Shown here piece after piece: positions 58,701 to 64,000 of a DNA stretch of 64,000 nucleotides. Source of the stretch: Hemiscyllium ocellatum. Taxonomy: Eukaryota. The translations under genes were made by a program, and so were the position numbers. Positions within the stretch are counted from its first letter, which is position 1, and each line of letters begins with the position of its first letter. A model generated the notes under the pieces. It was not told the origin of the DNA and searched no databases. It saw only the letters and a program-made list of their open reading frames with translations. The stretch spans positions 60,974,345 through 61,038,344 of the forward strand of contig NC_083405.1 of NCBI RefSeq assembly GCF_020745735.1, written 5' to 3'.

Positions 58701-61700
58701 ACTATACTATCTACCTGCAATTCTACTTTCAAGGAGCTATGAACCTGCACTCCAAGGTCTTTTTGTTCAGCAACATTCCCCAGGACCTTACCGTTAAGTG
58801 TATAAGTCCTGCTAACATTTGCTTTCCCAAAATGCAGCACCTTGCATTTATCTGAATTAAACTCCATCTGCCACTTCTCAGCCCACGGACCCAACTGTTT
58901 AAGATCCCATTGTAATCTTGAGGTAACCTTCTTCGCTGTCCACTATACCTCCAATTTTGGTGTCATCTCCAAAAATACTAACTACACCTCATGCTCACAT
59001 CCAAATCATTCATATAAATGATGAAAAGTAGTGGACCCAGCACCGAGCTATGTGGTACTCCACTGGTCACAGGCTTCCACCTGAAAAACAACCCTCCTAC
59101 ACCACCCTCTGTCTTCTACCTTTGAGCCAGTTTAATATTCAAATGGCTAGTTCTCCTGTATTCTGTGAGATCTAAGCTTGCTAACCAGTCTCCCGGGGAA
59201 CCTTGTCGAACGCTTTACTGAAGTCAATATTGATCATGTCTACTGCTCTGCCTTCATCAATCCACTTCGTTACTACTTCAAAAAACTCATTCAAGTTTGT
59301 GAGACATAATTTCCCACGCACAAAGCCACGTTGATTATTCCAAATCAGTCCTTGCCTTTCCAAATACATATACATCCTGTCTCATGAAGATTGGTGGAGT
59401 TGTCGATAGTGAGGAGGCTGTTGTCAACTGCAAAAGGACTTAGATATGATGCAGAGTGGGCTGAGGAGTGGCAGATGGAATTCAACCCTGTCAAATGTGA
59501 GGTTGTCCATTTTGGAAAGACAAATAAGAATGCGGAATACAGGGTTAACGGTAGGGTTCTTAGTAAGGTGGAGGAACAGAGGGATCTTGGGGTCTATGTT
59601 CATAGATCTTTGAAAGTTGCCACTCAGGTGGATAGAGCTTGTAAGAAGGCCTATGGTGTATTAGCGTTCATTAGCAGAGGGACTGAATTCAAGAGTCGTG
59701 AGGTGATGTTGCAGCTGTACAGGACCTTGGTAAGGCCACATTTGGAGTACTGTGTGCAGTTCTGGTCGCCTCACTTTAGGAAAGATGTGGAAGCTTTGGA
59801 CAGGGTGCAGAGGAGATTTACCAGGATGTTGCCTGGAATGGAGAATAGGTCGTACGAGGAGAGGTTGAGAGTGCTAGGCCTTTTCTCATTGGAACGGCGA
59901 AGGATGAGGGGTGACTCGATAGAGGTTTAGAAGATGATCAGAGGAATAGATAGAGTAGGCAGTCAGAGAATTTTCCCCAGGTACAACAGAGTGTTACAAG
60001 GGGACATAAATTTAAGGTGAAGGGTGGAAGGTATGGGGGGATATCAGGGGTAGGTTCTTTACCCAAAGAGTGGTGGGGGCATGGAATACGCTGCCTGTGG
60101 GAGTGGCAGAGTCAGAATCATTGGTGAAAATGTGTTGCTGGTTAAAGCACAGCAGGTCAGGCAGCATCAAAGGAACAGGAAATTCGATGTTTCGGGCATA
60201 AGCCCTTCATCAGGAATGAGGAGAGTGTGCCAGGCAGGCCAAGCTAAAAGGTAGGGAGGAGGGACTTGGGGGAGGGGTGATGGAGATGTGATAGGTGGAA
60301 GGAGGTCAAGGTGAGGGTGATAGGCTGGAGTGGGGTGGGGGCGGAGAGGTCAGGAAGAAGATTGCAGGTTAGGAGGGCGGTGCTGAGTTCGAGGGAATCG
60401 ACTGAGACAAGGTGGGGGGAGGGGAAATGAGGAAACTGGAGATATCTGAGTTCAATTGGTGACCTTAAGCAGCAGTTGGATAGGTACATGGATTGGTGCT
60501 TAAGCTAGGACAAATGTTTGGCACAACATTGTGGGCCGAAGGGCCTGTTCTGTGTTCTATGTTCTATTTCCTCCAACAACTTGCCCACCACCGACATCAG
60601 GCTCACTGGTCTATAATTCCCTGGCTTGTCCTTATCACCTTTCCTAAATAGTTGCACCACGTTAGCCAACTTCCAGTCTTCCGGCACCTCACTTGTGACT
60701 AGTGATGATATAAATATCTCAGCAAGGAGCCCAGCAATCACTTCTCTACCTTCCCACAGAGTTCTAGTGTATACCTGATCATGTCCTGGTGATTTTTATG
60801 CGTTTCAAGACATCCAGCACTTTCTCCTCTGTAATATAGGCATTTTTCAAGATGTCATCATCTATTTCCCTACATTCTATATCTTCCATGTCCTGTTCCA
60901 CAGTAAACACTGATGCAAAATACTCGTTTAGTATCTTCCCCATCTCTTCTGGCTCCACACAAAGACGGCTTTGCAGATCTTTAAGGAACTCTTTATCTCT
61001 CAAGTTACCCTTTTGTCCTTAATGTATTTGCTATCTCATGTCCCCTTTTTGCCCTCCTGATTTCCCTCTTAATTATACTCCTACTGCCTTTATACTCTTC
61101 TAAGGATTCACTCAATCTATCTTGTACATATGCTTCCTTCTTTTCCTTAAACAAGCCCTCAATTTCTTCAGTCATCCAGCATTCCCTATACCTACCAGCC
61201 TTTCTTTTCACCCTAACAGGAATATACTGTCTCTGGATTCTCGTTATCTCATTTCTGAAGGCTTCCCATTTTCCAGCCATCCCTTTACCTGCGAACATCT
61301 GCCCCCAATCAGCTTTTGAAAGTTCCTGCCTAATACCATCAAAATTAGCCTTCTTCCAATTTAGAACTTCAACTTTTAGATCTGGTCTCTCCTTTTCCAC
61401 CATTATTTTGAAACTAATAGAATTATAGCCTCTGGCTCCAAAGTGCTCCCCCACTGACACCTCAGTTACCTGCCCTGCTTTATTTCCCAAGAGTACGTCA
61501 AGTTTTCTCTAGTAGGTACATCCACATACTGAACCAGAAAAGTATCTTGTACACACTTAACAAATTCCTCTCCATCTAAACCCTTAACACTCTGGCAATC
61601 CCAGTCTATGTTTGGAAAGTTAAAATCCCCTACCCTATTATTCTTACAGATAACTGAGATCTCCTTACCAATCTTGAAAAAAATAGATACAAATTAGGTG

Positions 61701-63644
61701 TTTCTGCCTGTGGGGCAATCTCGAACAAGAGGTCATAGTTTTAGACTACATGGTTGGGGGGCGGGGGTGAAGGGGGTACAGATTTAAAACAGAAATGAAG
61801 AGGAATCACTTCTCTTGAAGGTCCTGAGTCACTACCCCAGGTTGTGGTGAACAATAGGACAGTGAATAAATTCATGTAGGAGATAGGGAGATTTTAAAAT
61901 TAGTAGTGGGTTGAAAGGTTATGGGAAGCAGACAAAGATATGGAGTTAAGGCTGAGATGAGATCAACCATGATTGTATTAAGTGATGGAGCAGGTTTGAG
62001 GGGGTGAATAGCCTACTCATGTTCCTAGTTCTTGTGTTCTTATAGAAATACTGTGGCTATAAGAGCAGGCCAGAAACTAGGAATTCTGTGGCGAGCAAAC
62101 TGTATCCACAATGTGGTCAACAATAGACAAATTATTTCCCCAATGCTGCCCTCCATCGACAAGATACAACTTTGGAGTATAATGGAGTACTCTCCACTTG
62201 CCTGGATGGGTAGAGTTTAAATAAATGGTAAATACATGGAATAAGCTGCCAGGTGAAGTGGCTTGGGTGGGTACAATTAAAACATATAAAAGGCATTAGG
62301 ACAGGTGCATGGATAGGAAAGGTATAAGAGGGATATGGACCAAAAGCAGGCAAATGTCAGCATGGATGAGCCTGCTTTTGTGCTCTATGACTCTATTGCA
62401 CTCAAAAAGCTTGACGCCATCCAAGACAAAATATCCCACTTGATTGGCATCCTATCCACCATTTTCAAATTCATATCAACACTCAGTAGCAGCAGCATGT
62501 ACAATTTACAAGATGCACAGCAGAAATTCATCAAGGTTTCTTATAAAGCACCTTCCAAACCCACGACCATTTCCATTCAGAAGGACAAATGCAGTAGATA
62601 CATAGGAACATCATCACCTGAAACATCCTCGCCAAGCCTCTCATCATCTTGTCTTGGATGTTCCTTCACTGTTACTGGGTCAAAGTCCTGAAACTCTATC
62701 CCTGAGGGCATTGTGGGTTAACCCACAATACGTGGACTGCAGCAGTTTAGGAAGTAGCTTACCATTAGCTTCTCCAGAGCAGTTAGAGATGGGCAGTAAA
62801 TACTGACCAAAGCAGTGATGCTGTTATCCCATGAATGCACGAGAAAACATTCTCCAACCCAGCCATGCCCAATAAAATTGGAAAGTGCCATGCCTGCAGA
62901 AAAACTTGTGACTTTACTTTCTTGTGAAATGAGGGATTCCCAATTGAATGTGTCAGAAGAGTTTCTGAAAGGTTTTCCTCAACTTCAATGATGCACGAGC
63001 AAAGCTGTTAATGTTGACATTTTTCACCCATACTATACAGTCAAGAATTGGCCAATTATCAAACTCTTTGAGTTTTGACTAAGTGCAAAGCGACAGAGAG
63101 TTGAAATTCTGTTTCTTTAGCTTCTCCTGGCTATATCCCAGTATACTAATTCATTTTACAGTGACCTGCCTAGGGAGACTGGAATTTCTCAGATCCTAAG
63201 GCAACCTGTGGGATTCAAACTGAAGTTGCATTCTTGATTTGATGTTACAGTATTTTTTAACAGGATTTTATGGTCACAGAAATCCTGTTCAGTTGGTTAT
63301 CAATACCTGTGCTATTCTGTTACCTCCATTTCCTCTACTAATCAGATACTGATCTGGTTGTATTGTTTTGCAATCCAGTTGAATTTTAAACTGCTTCATC
63401 ATTCTTTAAGCATTAGTTACGAATTGAGATTCCCATTTGCTTTCAGGCATTCTCTTACTCTGTCCATAACAATGAAATGGGCCGATTTTGTGAAAAGCCA
63501 TCTCGACAGGTGCATCTCTTGTATCTCCAAATCTCACTTCACGTACAGGAAGAATGGCTTTGTCTGTCAAATATCCTTTGTCTTGTCTCCAAACTCCATC
63601 ATTTGCATCACAGTTGCATGTGGAAAGACCCAGGGCACAGTTGC
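46573..63644 (-). CDS. Unnamed gene, 3' part (5 exons, 815 nt): tandem Caspr/neurexin-IV-type fibrinogen-like domain protein; 5' end lies beyond the window
   Basis: Exons 63644-63459, 52794-52645, 51162-51008, 49371-49245 and 46769-46573 splice GT-AG in frame. Motifs SC...YVIDPDG...FEVFCD...TIVSHD...CEQY...WW...YWGG...CACG...CNCD...W..D.G.L.DK..LP....FGDT....IG...C.G match the Caspr fibrinogen-like domain. Confidence 0.9.
47415..47808. mobile_element. Penelope pseudo-LTR cluster (one inverted copy, two direct copies)
   Basis: 12-bp TSD with one mismatch: agaatatgcaat at 47403-47414 and agaacatgcaat at 47809-47820. Confidence 0.88.
47568..47604 (+). ncRNA. Minimal type-I hammerhead ribozyme motif (Penelope-associated)
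   Basis: CUGAGGA-U-[GUCACC gagaca GGGGAC]-GAAA-C-GUU; core intact, 5' strand of stem I lost at the inversion junction. Confidence 0.6.
48585..48905 (-). mobile_element. HE1-like SINE, diverged
   Basis: Matches 5876-6186. Confidence 0.85.
49245..49371 (-). CDS. Exon (LDCRHIRFIQAAWGWWTSWDGRRMFYWGGASPESGRCACGMT)
   Basis: ccatag acceptor and gtattt donor; different frame from track ORF 49181-49417. Confidence 0.92.
49575..50208 (-). mobile_element. Penelope-like element 3' part with GIY-YIG endonuclease
   Basis: ORF 49571-50146 contains NIIYKIPCKGCNKHYIGQTGRELATRIHEH. Confidence 0.93.
50209..50473. mobile_element. Penelope-derived terminal repeat interrupted by a CR1 3' tail (about 50265-50397)
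   Basis: Starts aggcaaaagtgaggactgcagatgctgg as at 35441; the insert matches 23135-23247. Confidence 0.8.
51008..51162 (-). CDS. Exon (GITIVSHDSERRTRVAPCEDPGCYTKEIKYEAELNQLNALTSISESCEQYVK)
   Basis: atgcag acceptor and gtcaga donor; within ORF 50984-51175. Confidence 0.92.
52645..52794 (-). CDS. Exon (SSQVSVLESCTALKKAGFQESRRYVIDPDGAGRGVAPFEVFCDLASDQST)
   Basis: tttatag acceptor and gtaatt donor; YxIDPDG motif; not in the ORF track. Confidence 0.92.
56600..57690 (+). mobile_element. Decayed LINE (CR1-like second family) ORF2 fragment
   Basis: KSNPANYRPISLLSIMRKVMEG in ORF 57348-57596. Confidence 0.85.
58364..58591. mobile_element. Short palindromic Penelope-derived insertion
   Basis: About 89-bp inverted arms (58366-58454 and 58467-58555); perfect 10-bp TSD ATATTCCAAA at 58354-58363 and 58592-58601. 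Confidence 0.92.
60128..60454 (-). mobile_element. Penelope-derived 3' fragment nested in the + strand CR1
   Basis: 8-bp TSD ATTGGTGA at 60120-60127 and 60455-60462; similar to 12235-12500. Confidence 0.88.
60182..60217 (-). ncRNA. Minimal type-I hammerhead ribozyme motif (Penelope-associated)
   Basis: AUUC-CUGAUGA-A-GGGC-uuau-GCCC-GAAA-C-AUC-GAAU; stems I and II pair perfectly; GUC appears changed to AUC by CpG decay. Confidence 0.65.
61680..62035 (+). mobile_element. Decayed CR1 3' end
   Basis: acaagaggtcatagttttaga...gaatagcctactc. Confidence 0.65.
62045..62838 (+). mobile_element. Decayed LINE 3' region (second CR1-like family) with a nested CR1 tail at about 62215-62396
   Basis: MEYSPLAWM and LKKLDAIQDK flank an insert ending ctctatgactctat. 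Confidence 0.7.
63459..63644 (-). CDS. Exon: C-terminal part of the penultimate fibrinogen-like repeat (GNCALGLSTCNCDANDGVWRQDKGYLTDKAILPVREVRFGDTRDAPVEMAFHKIGPFHCYGQ)
   Basis: ttttttttcacag acceptor and gtaaga donor; phase 1/1; within ORF 63406-63696. Confidence 0.92.
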
Positions 63645-63764
63645 CTGTGAAAAAAAATTTGCTAGATTTTTTTAGCGCCACATCATAATGAAACAATTTG
63701 CCACTTAATAAGATTTAGCATTTTAAAATATATGTAAGTCTACGTGGGTGTCCTAACATGAGCT

Positions 63765-63799
63765 CTAAACATAAACTACAGTCCTAAACATAAACTACA
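63765..63799. repeat. Short tandem duplication
   Basis: ctaaacataaactaca occurs twice with a 19-bp period. Confidence 0.75.
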
Positions 63800-64000
63800 A
63801 TTAACCATTCGGATGCTCACCAACCAGAAGAGTAAATGTAATACAATCCAGTTGATGTGTTGTTTCTAGCTTTTACATGGCTTGAAACAGCTTCAAATGA
63901 TTATATTTCTTTCAACTGCTGGGGCTTGAAAGCTATTCCAGTTAGATTCCAGCATATCTTTTTCAATCAGAACTCTTATTTCTGACTGTGGACATTTCCA

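Larger units (their letters stand above)
59386..60567 (+). mobile_element. CR1 LINE 3' fragment nested in an opposite-strand CR1
   Basis: ORF 59391-59930; tail gttctatgttctat. Confidence 0.92.
57825..61670 (-). mobile_element. CR1/HER1-type LINE reaching into the endonuclease region, hosting nested insertions
   Basis: Collinear - strand ORF fragments; tail (ctctatga)n at 57825-57838; split at 58364 and 59386. Confidence 0.93.

Noticed and set aside
46573-63644. Calling the - strand gene CNTNAP2/4/5 or neurexin
   Set aside because: The domain is duplicated in direct tandem and followed by a stop. No EGF, LamG, TM or cytoplasmic exons are visible, so no gene symbol is justified.

Overview
Eukaryotic, AT-rich, repeat-dense vertebrate DNA, most likely from a shark or other elasmobranch (HE1-type tRNA SINEs, CR1/HER1-type LINEs, Penelope-like elements). 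Two intron-containing genes converge tail to tail. (1) On the + strand are the last 18 coding exons of NFX1 (2998-42833: NF-X1 zinc fingers, R3H domain, C-terminus ...IDYFDVQD*). All junctions are GT-AG and phase-consistent, and a poly(A) signal lies at 43133. (2) On the - strand are the last 5 exons (63644 down to 46573) of a gene I cannot name. It encodes at least two directly tandem copies of the fibrinogen-like domain that occurs once in Caspr/CNTNAP/neurexin-IV. It stops right after the last copy, with no laminin-G, EGF or transmembrane segment in the window. This is the main candidate for an undescribed system, and the ORF track shows only two of its five exons in frame. Introns and the intergenic space hold many CR1 LINE fragments, SINEs, a solo LTR, and Penelope-like retroelements. 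The Penelope-like elements include short palindromic insertions with variable target-site duplications (TSDs) and minimal hammerhead-ribozyme motifs. Most ORFs in the supplied track are spurious or transposon-derived.
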